From Tangfeifania sp. (GTDB lineage Bacteria > Bacteroidota > Bacteroidia > Bacteroidales > Prolixibacteraceae), in the NCBI GenBank assembly GCA_048616715.1, contig JBMCIT010000001.1:1-33625 (forward strand): a stretch of 33,625 nucleotides of DNA. Direction: 5' to 3'. The notes beneath the pieces are model-generated. The model was given only the letters and a program-made list of their open reading frames with translations, did no database searches and was not told the DNA's origin. Of the stretch, positions 9,189 through 17,459 are shown one piece after another. A program made the position numbers and the translations under genes. Position 1 is the first letter of the stretch. The number at the start of each line of letters is the position of its first letter.

Positions 9189-10063
9189 TTAAAATTATCC
9201 ACAAAAACATGCGTTATTTCCATCAGGTTTTCAGCCCATTGCGGGTCAAGCGGCCTGATTTCAACAATCTCTCCGTCAATTTCTTCCGCAAAAACCCGCG
9301 CATGATCACGGTCAAACTCAGTTTGAATGTAAATTACATTAATATCGTTTTCTTTTGCAAGGTCCACTACTTCACGTAAATGCTGCGGGGTAGGTTCTTT
9401 TCCGCCCATTTCGAGTGAATGCTGTACCAACCCGTATTCACGCGCAAAATATGACAAACTGGGATGAAATGTAATAAACTCACTCCCACTGAACTCTTTC
9501 AGTTCATTTCTGATTTTGATATCGAGCTGATCGATTTCCTTTACAAACTTCATGTAATTGGCCTGGTACTTATCACTGTTTTCGGGTAGGAGTCCAGCAA
9601 GATGGTTCAAAATTCTTTTAGCCATTTGTTTTACCAGCGAAGGTGACATCCAGATATGAGGATCTACCCCGCCAACATGAACATGGTCGCCGTGTTGCTC
9701 TTCTTCGCCGTAAATCAAGTCGAGGCCTTCCGATAAATCGACCACCTCCATCTCTTTGTTTGCCTGTTTTATTTTGTCTTGCCACGACTGTTCAAAACCG
9801 ATGTAGCCAATCCGGAACCACACTTCCGACCGCGCAATATCCTTTAACTGGGAGGGTAATAATGTGTAGGCGGCAGGACTTGCTCCCGGAGGTACTAAAA
9901 CATTGATTTTAAAATCGTCACCGCCAATTTTTTCCACAAAAGTTTTCTGTGGTAAAATGCTCACCGTAATTACCGGTTTACCGTCATCCTGGTTGCCTGA
10001 TTTTTTTGAATTACACGCAAAAAGAAAGACAGCAACCACAAAAAGCAAAATAATATGTTTCAT
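9185..10063 (-). CDS. znuA: Zn/Mn ABC transporter substrate-binding lipoprotein
   Basis: Lipobox LFAC; His/acidic loop EEEQHGDHVH; DPHIW, FHPS and EPTP motifs of cluster A-I binding proteins. Confidence 0.88.
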   Translation of the reverse strand: MKHIILLFVVAVFLFACNSKKSGNQDDGKPVITVSILPQKTFVEKIGGDDFKINVLVPPGASPAAYTLLPSQLKDIARSEVWFRIGYIGFEQSWQDKIKQANKEMEVVDLSEGLDLIYGEEEQHGDHVHVGGVDPHIWMSPSLVKQMAKRILNHLAGLLPENSDKYQANYMKFVKEIDQLDIKIRNELKEFSGSEFITFHPSLSYFAREYGLVQHSLEMGGKEPTPQHLREVVDLAKENDINVIYIQTEFDRDHARVFAEEIDGEIVEIRPLDPQWAENLMEITHVFVDNFK

Positions 10064-10105
10064 TCTTTTCTTTTAGAAATTTCTGACCATTTAAACAACG
10101 AAGCA

Positions 10106-10138
10106 CAAATTTAGTTTTTCCAAAGATATTCTCTCAAA
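10106..10138 (-). promoter_or_regulatory. znuACB promoter(s)
   Basis: -7 TAAATTTG (10106-10113) with TTTG (10135-10138) 21 bp upstream; a second -7 match TATCTTTG at 10121-10128. Confidence 0.55.
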
Positions 10139-10153
10139 CGGCAGGCAAAAATA

Positions 10154-10432
10154 TCAAAGATTCATTTTTTTAACTTTTATTTTTCCTTTTGGAGGAACCG
10201 GGTCATAACCTTCGGTGCCCCACGGATGGCATTTCGAAATCCGTTTTGTTGCCAGCCACACACCCCTTAACGGTCCGTGAATTTTTATAGCCTGAACTGC
10301 ATATTCAGAGCAGGAAGGAACATGCCTGCACGAAGCCGGTGTTAAAGGAGAAATTGCATATTTGTAAAAATAAACCGGTAAGAGCAGAATCCATCCCATA
10401 ACTTTCAGTACTATTTTCCCAACCTGCTTCAT
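10154..10432 (-). CDS. yidD: Membrane protein insertion efficiency factor YidD
   Basis: [29 protein letters not shown]. Confidence 0.93.
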   Translation of the reverse strand: MKQVGKIVLKVMGWILLLPVYFYKYAISPLTPASCRHVPSCSEYAVQAIKIHGPLRGVWLATKRISKCHPWGTEGYDPVPPKGKIKVKKMNL

Positions 10433-10449
10433 TTTATGTTATTTTGCGA

Positions 10450-10457
10450 CAAAATTA
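10450..10457 (-). promoter_or_regulatory. -7 promoter element for yidD (TAATTTTG)
   Basis: Exact TAnnTTTG match 17 bp upstream of the yidD start. Confidence 0.5.
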
Positions 10458-10530
10458 CAACTTATTGTTTTTATTCAGAATAAATAAGGTGAAAAGGGAA
10501 AAGCTTACAAAAAGAATTCCATAATATTTT

Positions 10531-10538
10531 TAAATTTG
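10531..10538 (+). promoter_or_regulatory. -7 promoter element for the ROK kinase (TAAATTTG)
   Basis: Exact TAnnTTTG match about 80 bp upstream of the ATG. Confidence 0.5.
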
Positions 10539-10615
10539 CTGTTCCTGCGAGTTATTAAAAATAATACCAATAAAAGACCTGATTTTAAAATTATTAATTA
10601 ATAAAATAAAACAAT

Positions 10616-11593
10616 ATGAAGAAAGTTGCAATTGGTGTAGATGTTGGAGGGACCAACACAGCCATTGGGGTTGTAGATCCCGAAGGAAACGTGATGGTGA
10701 AAGATAACATTTCTACTCCTTCGCACGGCGATATCGACAGGTACATTTCTGACCTGGCCGATGCAATTAAAGAACTGATTAAATCAGTAAAACTTTTAAA
10801 TAAAGACATTGAAATCCTGGGGATTGGAATCGGCGCCCCCAATGGAAACTATTACAGCGGGACCATTGAATATGCTCCAAATCTTTCATTTAAAGGAGTG
10901 GTTCATTTTGTAAAACTGCTTCGCACACATTTCCCGGATATAAGCGCTTTGGCACTAACCAACGATGCAAATGCAGCAGCTATTGGCGAAATGATTTACG
11001 GTGGTGCCAAAGACATGCAAAACTTTGTATTGTTCACCCTGGGAACAGGCGTGGGCAGCGGCCTTGTTGTAAATGGCGACCTGGTTTACGGGCACGACGG
11101 ATTTGCCGGCGAATGCGGGCATACCACGCTGGTACCGGGCGGCCGCATGTGCGGATGTACTTCCCTGGGCCACCTCGAGGCTTACTGCTCGGCCCCCGGA
11201 ATGAAACGTACAGCTTTTGAACTGCTGGCTTACTACAATGCCACCGACAGTATTCTGGCCAATAAATCGTACAACGAACTCGATTCAAAAATGATTTATG
11301 AAGCCGCAAAAGAAGGCGACGCAATCGCCCTCGAAGTATTCGAAAAAACCGGCGAATGGCTGGGGCAAGGACTTGCAGCTACAGTACACCACTTAAGCCC
11401 GCAGGCAATTTTTCTTTTTGGAGGACCCACTGCAGCCGGTGATTATATCTTTAAACCCACCAAAAAACACATGGAGAAACATCTTCTCCCGATTTTCAAA
11501 GACAAAATTAAAATTCTGCCTTCGGAACTTAAACCCGGCGATGCAGCCATTGTGGGCGCAAGTGCACTGGTTTGGAAAGAACTGGAGAAATAA
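10616..11593 (+). CDS. ROK-family sugar kinase (glucokinase / GlcNAc kinase-like)
   Basis: 325 aa, no HTH; DVGGT ATP motif, NDANAAAIGE, TLGTGVGSG, GECGH, CGC...GHLE. Confidence 0.9.
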   Translation: MKKVAIGVDVGGTNTAIGVVDPEGNVMVKDNISTPSHGDIDRYISDLADAIKELIKSVKLLNKDIEILGIGIGAPNGNYYSGTIEYAPNLSFKGVVHFVKLLRTHFPDISALALTNDANAAAIGEMIYGGAKDMQNFVLFTLGTGVGSGLVVNGDLVYGHDGFAGECGHTTLVPGGRMCGCTSLGHLEAYCSAPGMKRTAFELLAYYNATDSILANKSYNELDSKMIYEAAKEGDAIALEVFEKTGEWLGQGLAATVHHLSPQAIFLFGGPTAAGDYIFKPTKKHMEKHLLPIFKDKIKILPSELKPGDAAIVGASALVWKELEK

Positions 11594-11612
11594 TTTATGC
11601 ATCGATAAACTC

Positions 11613-11643
11613 AAAAGCGGGTTCCGGATGGGACCCGCTTTTT
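11613..11643. terminator. Bidirectional Rho-independent terminator
   Basis: AAAAGCGGGTTCC-GGAT-GGGACCCGCTTTTT between convergent genes. Confidence 0.88.
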
Positions 11644-11645
11644 GT

Positions 11646-14600
11646 TTACCATCCCGGAACAAAGCTCACCCCAAAATTAATATTGTTCCAGCCTCCGTTT
11701 TGAAAAGGAACAGCAACATACGGTTCAAGCACAACGTATCCCAAAAGATTTACCCTCAATGACGCACCTGCACTGAATACCGGAACTCTTTGATCGAAAG
11801 AAGCTTCCTCCCAGGTTATTTTTGGTAAATCGCCTTTGTCCCAAGCCATTCCGGCATCGAAAAACAGGTTGAAATCAATTAAAAAATAGTTTGACCGGAT
11901 TAATGCCAACTGCTCCACCCCGGAAACAGGCAGTCTGAACTCAGCGTTACCTACAAGAATTCTCGAACCACTCAGGTGTGAATAATTTAAAGAATTGATA
12001 CCCACATCGCCGGAGCTTAAATTATTGTAAAACGAAATGTTTTCATACCCCCGTACCAGCCACGGGTAACCCAAATAAATGGGCGAAACAGTCTCGGTAC
12101 CGGAACTACTGCCATACCTTCCATAATGATAGAGGCGGAAAGCAAAAGTAAACGGGTTCGCGAAATAATATTTACGGTAATCCACCAGTGCAGTAAAAAA
12201 GTCAACCGCCCCAAAATACTTCTCCACCTGGTACCTGGACCGTTGCCCACGCATTGGCGAGGTCATTCCAAAATAGGAGTTGTCCTGAACGTAAGCCAAA
12301 TCAAGTTTCTGGTAGTTATTCCCATCCGGTGCCGGGCGGCGCTCCCTGCGCCCTCCTATGCTAAAACCATAGTCATCGAAATAATTATGGAACCGATCGA
12401 TTCGATAATAGTACCACGAAGCTGTAGCCCCGGCTTCAAACCTCCTTGTTTGCGATAAAGGATAATAGGAAAAAAATGAAATATTGTCTTCAAACATTCT
12501 GATGTAATCCAGTACCAGGTTGTTTACAGGCAAATCATATTTTTCTTCATCTTCAGTAAATGTAAGTGTATCTTGCTGCAAAAACATATTGCCTGTCCGG
12601 TAGGGAATGTGCGACACATTGGCTCCCCATTTCAGTTTTCGTTTTTGGTTAACATAGGCCACCTGCCCGCCAAAATCGTAAATTTCGCCATTAAGGGCCA
12701 ACACGGAATAAAGCTGGTTGTTCCCGACAATATCGCTGAAAATCATGCTCACGCTTCCCGACATGTTATTGGAGTTGAACCGTCCGGTGGAAACGCCAAT
12801 CCCTGCTGTATTCGAAATATAATCGAGTTTAAATTTTGGTTTATAGGCTACATTTTTAACTGAATCCCGGGGGACTGGCTTTTCAGCAGCCGTCCGGGAA
12901 TAAAGTGCGGTGTCAATCAGGGAATGTTCAAGCGGTCTGATTGGAGGAAGCGTCCCCGGTTCAAAATCAACCAAATACCTGTCTGTCTTTTCAACCCTGA
13001 ATGAATCGGGAGGAGTAATATAAATCTCATAATTACCATTAAAATAATAGGTATAAGCAATTACACTGCTGTTTGCTGCAGAACTGATGGCAGGCGAATA
13101 ATGTGTAATTCCGCTAATGCCCGTGGGATATTTGGTTAGCCGGAAAACCTCCCCGGAAACAAGTTGGTAGCGGTATAAATTCCGGTAACCATCCGCGTTC
13201 GATAAAAAATAGATGGACTCGGAATCGCCGGAAAAGCATGGATTCAGGTTATCGGCACCGGGGAAAACGTCGAGGCGTTCTGTCTCTCCCGTTTCCACAT
13301 CATAAAGCGATAAGTCGAAACTGAATTTTTTTGAAGGAACCCGGTTGTTTATTCTTTCGGTTGAAAAAACAATGTACTTCCCGTTTGGCGACCAGGCCGG
13401 GTGAATGTTGGAATGATAGTCGCTGGTTATTTTGGATGTTGAGCCATCTTCCATGTCGTACAGGTATAAATCGCCAGTTCCATTTACCAGTCCTGACACA
13501 ACAATATAACGACCATTGGGCGACCAGTGCGGATTGTTAAACGAATTCAGGTTACCAAGTTCAATCTCATCGGTAATTTTTGCTTTTTCAACATCAACAA
13601 TAGCCAGCTTGTTTTTTCCTTTGCTAAAAACCACGAAAGCGAATTTGCGGCTGTCGGGCGACCACGTTCCGCTCGATTCGATAAAACTGAAATCGTCAAT
13701 TTCGTGGTTTCGCGTAACACTCGAAAGTTTTTTGATTATTTTTCCAGTTTCAGCATCGGCTAAATATAAGTCGAGTGTAAAAACATCTTTCTCGGAAAAA
13801 AAGGCCAGGTACTTTCCGTCGGGGCTCAGCGAAGGCGAAAGGTTCATTTCTCCGGCATTCTTTTTCGAAATTAATTTTTTTCCCACGGGACGGTTCACCG
13901 TATCTGCAAGGTATGGGTTGAAATGCGATTCCATTGCCCCTCTCCACAATCCGGATAAAGTTTCGGAACTTATACCAAGCAAGGTATCCACAGCATTTTC
14001 GAAACCCAGAACCGCCGTTTTTTCAAAAAGTGGGACAATCAGCGTATCGCTCCACGATTTTCCGAACATGGCCCAGAACGCGTGTCCATATCTATAGGGA
14101 AAATATTTTGAGCTTTTAGATAAATCTTTCAGCGTGGGGAAATCGTCATTTATCAATGCATCGCGCATCCACATGGCGGTATGCGGATCAATGCTGCCGA
14201 TGGATAAATATTCGGCCATTCCTTCAATCATCCACAACGGAATATTTCTTATGGAATAATTCTGAGAAGTATCACTACGGAGCAGTTTATTAAACTGAAA
14301 GGCATGGACCAGCTCGTGCCCCAAAACATGGTCGGTTTGGGCAAACGTGGGGGCCACAGGCATTACCACCCTGTTTTTCAGGGATTCGGTAACACCACCG
14401 GTGGTTGTTCCAATCATGCTGTTTACCGCATTGGTTTGCTGAAAATCGGAGTGATTGGAATACAAAATCAGCGGGTTCTTGAATTCAAAAGTATCTTTAA
14501 AAACTTTTTGATGCAATAAATACCACTCCTCTGCCCAGCTTGCAACATCATCTTTCAGGGTATCGTTGTTCAGGTATTGGTAAATTTCAAAATTGGGAGT

Positions 14601-14735
14601 TTGAAGCACATCAAAATTAAATTTTTTATACCCCGGTTTATTACGACCAAAGTATTGAGAAAAAACAGTAACCGGGAACAAGATATGTAAAAATGTCAGT
14701 GTTAAAAGTAAAATTCTGTTACCTTGTCTGTTCAT
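11646..14735 (-). CDS. Outer-membrane protein: gluzincin metallopeptidase domain + PD40/TolB-like beta-propeller + Omp85-like barrel
   Basis: HELVH...WMIEGMAEY; repeats SPSLSPDGK, WSPDSR, PHWSPNGR, PAWSPNGK; C-terminal barrel with VRGY, NAEFRLP, LFFDAG and terminal W. ATG at 14735 preferred over the track start at 14783 because it gives a normal signal peptide. Confidence 0.75.
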   Translation of the reverse strand: MNRQGNRILLLTLTFLHILFPVTVFSQYFGRNKPGYKKFNFDVLQTPNFEIYQYLNNDTLKDDVASWAEEWYLLHQKVFKDTFEFKNPLILYSNHSDFQQTNAVNSMIGTTTGGVTESLKNRVVMPVAPTFAQTDHVLGHELVHAFQFNKLLRSDTSQNYSIRNIPLWMIEGMAEYLSIGSIDPHTAMWMRDALINDDFPTLKDLSKSSKYFPYRYGHAFWAMFGKSWSDTLIVPLFEKTAVLGFENAVDTLLGISSETLSGLWRGAMESHFNPYLADTVNRPVGKKLISKKNAGEMNLSPSLSPDGKYLAFFSEKDVFTLDLYLADAETGKIIKKLSSVTRNHEIDDFSFIESSGTWSPDSRKFAFVVFSKGKNKLAIVDVEKAKITDEIELGNLNSFNNPHWSPNGRYIVVSGLVNGTGDLYLYDMEDGSTSKITSDYHSNIHPAWSPNGKYIVFSTERINNRVPSKKFSFDLSLYDVETGETERLDVFPGADNLNPCFSGDSESIYFLSNADGYRNLYRYQLVSGEVFRLTKYPTGISGITHYSPAISSAANSSVIAYTYYFNGNYEIYITPPDSFRVEKTDRYLVDFEPGTLPPIRPLEHSLIDTALYSRTAAEKPVPRDSVKNVAYKPKFKLDYISNTAGIGVSTGRFNSNNMSGSVSMIFSDIVGNNQLYSVLALNGEIYDFGGQVAYVNQKRKLKWGANVSHIPYRTGNMFLQQDTLTFTEDEEKYDLPVNNLVLDYIRMFEDNISFFSYYPLSQTRRFEAGATASWYYYRIDRFHNYFDDYGFSIGGRRERRPAPDGNNYQKLDLAYVQDNSYFGMTSPMRGQRSRYQVEKYFGAVDFFTALVDYRKYYFANPFTFAFRLYHYGRYGSSSGTETVSPIYLGYPWLVRGYENISFYNNLSSGDVGINSLNYSHLSGSRILVGNAEFRLPVSGVEQLALIRSNYFLIDFNLFFDAGMAWDKGDLPKITWEEASFDQRVPVFSAGASLRVNLLGYVVLEPYVAVPFQNGGWNNINFGVSFVPGW

Positions 14736-14931
14736 TTTTTTGCCCTCCTGTTTTGTAAAGTAGCCTGTCCGTTTTGTACCCAAAGAACAGGGCTTGTCAA
14801 ATTGCTTTCATTTCATTATTTTATTGATATTCTGCTACTTATAGTTTCAAAAACTATGCCAGCTGAATTTTTCACCTGTGAACTGAAATTTTGGCGATAT
14901 TCCTGCCATTCAACTCCATCAGTAAAAATTG

Positions 14932-14939
14932 TATATTTG
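14932..14939 (+). promoter_or_regulatory. -7 promoter element (TATATTTG) directly before the M1 peptidase ATG
   Basis: Exact TAnnTTTG match separated from ATG 14944 by only 4 bp. Confidence 0.4.
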
Positions 14940-14943
14940 AATT

Positions 14944-16872
14944 ATGATTCGTTTTGCTTTTGTTTGGTTGCTTGTTTTAATACTTTGCGCAAAAATTCAG
15001 GCGCAAGGCCCCGATCTGTTTTTTACTGAGAAAAAAGCCAGTTCCGATCAGAAAGCGTTCCTCAAAAAATTATCTTTTAGTGAATCAGAAAGTTATGCCG
15101 ATTACGATTTAATCTACCAGCGCATGGAGTGGGAAGTCGATCCTGCAATTTATTACATCAGGGGAAAAGTAACATCCCATTTCATCAGTCAAAATAATAG
15201 TTTTACTGAACTTGAATTCGATTTACATGCCGATATGGCAATCGATTCTATAACTCAAAACGGAGAAGTCATTAATTTTTCGAGGGTCGAAAACAAAATC
15301 AAAATTCATTTCGATGAAGTTTTAAAATCGGGGCAAACCGACTCAATTTCAATTTATTACCAGGGCGAACCACCAGCTACCGGTTTTGGATCATTTTCTA
15401 CCGGTACCCATAACGAAACCCCTGTGCTCTGGACACTTTCCGAGCCATACGGTGCCTTGGAATGGTGGCCTTGCAAACAATCATTGTCCGATAAAATTGA
15501 TTCTATCGATGTAATTGTTACCACTCCGGAACCATACCGCACGGCCAGCAACGGAATACTGGTTTCTGAAAAAGTGTTGAATGGGAAACGCGCCATGCAC
15601 TGGAAACACCGACACCCCATTGCCACTTATCTTGTAGCCATTGCTGTAACCAATTATACAAGTTATTCTGATTTTGTTGATTTGGAAGACGGACGGCAAA
15701 TAGAAATTCAGAATTTTGTCTACCCCGAAAATGAATCGTATGCACGTGAAAACACTCCGAGAACCATCGAAATCATGGAGCTTTTCAATAACATCGTTGG
15801 TGAATATCCGTTTGCCGATGAAAAATACGGGCATGCGCAGTTTGGCTGGGGCGGTGGAATGGAACATCAAACCATCAGTTTCATGTATAATTTTGGCTTT
15901 GAACTGGTGGCACACGAACTGGCCCACCAGTGGTTTGGCAATTACATTACACTCGGAAGCTGGCAGGACATTTGGCTGAACGAGGGCTTTGCCACATATC
16001 TTTCGGGGCTGGCTTACGAAAACCTGCTGCAGGAATACTGGTGGAAACGCTGGAAAAGACTGAATGTTGAACGCATTGTCAGTCAGCCCGGCGGTTCTGT
16101 TTTCGTGAGCGACACTTCAAACGTTGGCCGGTTGTTCAGTTCCAGATTATCGTATTCAAAAGGTGCCTATTTACTTCACATGCTGCGCTGGGTGTTAGGC
16201 GACGAGCCATTTTTCAATGCCATCAGAAACTATTTTGAAGACCCGGAAGTTGCCAACGGATTTGCACGTACAAGTCAGCTTATAAATCATTTGGAAGCCG
16301 CTGGAGATACCAGCCTGACTGAATTTTTCAACGACTGGTTTTACGGAGAAGGTTATCCGGTATACTCAGCACAATTTACAAATAAAACATCGCTGCAGCT
16401 TGAAATTAAATTATCTCAAATTTCTTCTCACGAGTCGGTCGGTTTTTTTGAAATGCCGGTACCGGTCAGGGTTTACAACAATTCCAAAACAGATTCTGCA
16501 GATTTCAGACTTGTTCACACCGAAAACAACCAGGAGTTTATTGTTGATCCCGGGTTTGAAGTTGCACATCTGAAAATTGATCCGGAATACTGGCTGATTT
16601 CAAAAACAGAAAGTGTGGTAAAATCCCCGGTTATGAAAAAACTGGATGAGATAAATATTTTTCCAAATCCGTTTACACATCAGGTTTTTATTGAAGCACC
16701 AAATCAACAGCAAATTCAAAAAATTGAACTTTTAAATTCAGCGGGAATCCTGGTGCGTACTTTAAATCCAAATCAAAACACATTCGACCTCTCATTTCTG
16801 TCCAACGGTATGTACATTCTTCAACTTCAAGTAAACAACACCACTGTTGAAAAAAAGATTGTTAAACAATAA
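14944..16872 (+). CDS. M1-family aminopeptidase with T9SS type A C-terminal sorting domain
   Basis: Signal peptide; GGMEH, HELAHQW-...-NEGFATY, YSKGA; C-terminal IFPNPF...LSNGMYILQL...KKIVKQ. Confidence 0.92.
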   Translation: MIRFAFVWLLVLILCAKIQAQGPDLFFTEKKASSDQKAFLKKLSFSESESYADYDLIYQRMEWEVDPAIYYIRGKVTSHFISQNNSFTELEFDLHADMAIDSITQNGEVINFSRVENKIKIHFDEVLKSGQTDSISIYYQGEPPATGFGSFSTGTHNETPVLWTLSEPYGALEWWPCKQSLSDKIDSIDVIVTTPEPYRTASNGILVSEKVLNGKRAMHWKHRHPIATYLVAIAVTNYTSYSDFVDLEDGRQIEIQNFVYPENESYARENTPRTIEIMELFNNIVGEYPFADEKYGHAQFGWGGGMEHQTISFMYNFGFELVAHELAHQWFGNYITLGSWQDIWLNEGFATYLSGLAYENLLQEYWWKRWKRLNVERIVSQPGGSVFVSDTSNVGRLFSSRLSYSKGAYLLHMLRWVLGDEPFFNAIRNYFEDPEVANGFARTSQLINHLEAAGDTSLTEFFNDWFYGEGYPVYSAQFTNKTSLQLEIKLSQISSHESVGFFEMPVPVRVYNNSKTDSADFRLVHTENNQEFIVDPGFEVAHLKIDPEYWLISKTESVVKSPVMKKLDEINIFPNPFTHQVFIEAPNQQQIQKIELLNSAGILVRTLNPNQNTFDLSFLSNGMYILQLQVNNTTVEKKIVKQ

Positions 16873-16963
16873 TGTTGATTAATAATTGGTATAACAAGTC
16901 GCCCCTTTTGCAAATGACATTACTTTTTTTTCTGTTTCAATTTTTTCTTTTCATCTGAATTCT

Positions 16964-16998
16964 TATTTTCGTAACACGAATTACAAAATTAGTAACAC
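16964..16998 (+). promoter_or_regulatory. Candidate operator 1 (GTAACAC-N14-GTAACAC) abutting a -7-like element
   Basis: GTAACAC at 16971-16977 and 16992-16998; TATTTTCG (-7 variant) at 16964-16971; ATG at 17000. Confidence 0.7.
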
Positions 16999-16999
16999 C

Positions 17000-17401
17000 A
17001 TGTCGGTAACCAGGTTTGGAGTTTCGCTCGATGAAGAATTGCTAAAAGCATTGGATGAATATGTTGCGGAAAATCTTTTCGCCAACCGTTCGCAGGCAAT
17101 TCGCCACTTAATTGAAAAAAACCTGGTTGAAAAAAAATGGAAATGCGACAATGTAGTGGCCGGAGCTGTGGTACTGGTTTTTAATCACGAAAAAACAGAC
17201 ATATTAACCAAATCTTCCGACATCCAGTTTTCATACAAAAAGCACATTCTTTCAACGCAAGGATTTTACCTGAACGACCAAAACTACCTGCAAATAATTG
17301 CGGTGAAAGGCCCTTCAAAAAAACTGACTGAAATTTCCGATAAATTAATCAGTATCAAGGGAATTCAGCATGGGAAACTGGTAATGAGCAAAGCTGAATA
17401 A
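17000..17401 (+). CDS. nikR: NikR-family ribbon-helix-helix regulator with substituted nickel ligands
   Basis: 133 aa; RHH RFGVSL...NRSQAIR; ACT-like C-terminal domain collinear with NikR (VFNHEK...Q...LQIIAVKG...KGIQHGKL). Confidence 0.85.
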   Translation: MSVTRFGVSLDEELLKALDEYVAENLFANRSQAIRHLIEKNLVEKKWKCDNVVAGAVVLVFNHEKTDILTKSSDIQFSYKKHILSTQGFYLNDQNYLQIIAVKGPSKKLTEISDKLISIKGIQHGKLVMSKAE

Positions 17402-17418
17402 AATTTTTTGCAAACATG

Positions 17419-17446
17419 GTAACACAAAAAACTAAAATAGTAACAC
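17419..17446 (+). promoter_or_regulatory. Candidate operator 2 (GTAACAC-N14-GTAACAC)
   Basis: GTAACAC at 17419-17425 and 17440-17446, the same 21-bp period as operator 1, 13 bp before the receptor ATG. Confidence 0.7.
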
Positions 17447-17459
17447 GAATTAAATCACA

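Noticed and set aside
10470-10604. AT-only or AT-rich palindromes (TTTATTC-A-GAATAAA; TTATTAATTAATAA)
   Set aside because: Expected by chance in very AT-rich intergenic DNA, with no second matching site noticed.
13516-14097. 193-aa plus-strand ORF
   Set aside because: Antisense shadow of the Omp85-like gene.
16971-17452. GTAACAC repeats as CRISPR repeats or insertion target duplications
   Set aside because: Too short, with no spacer array and no cas or transposase genes; their position fits operators.
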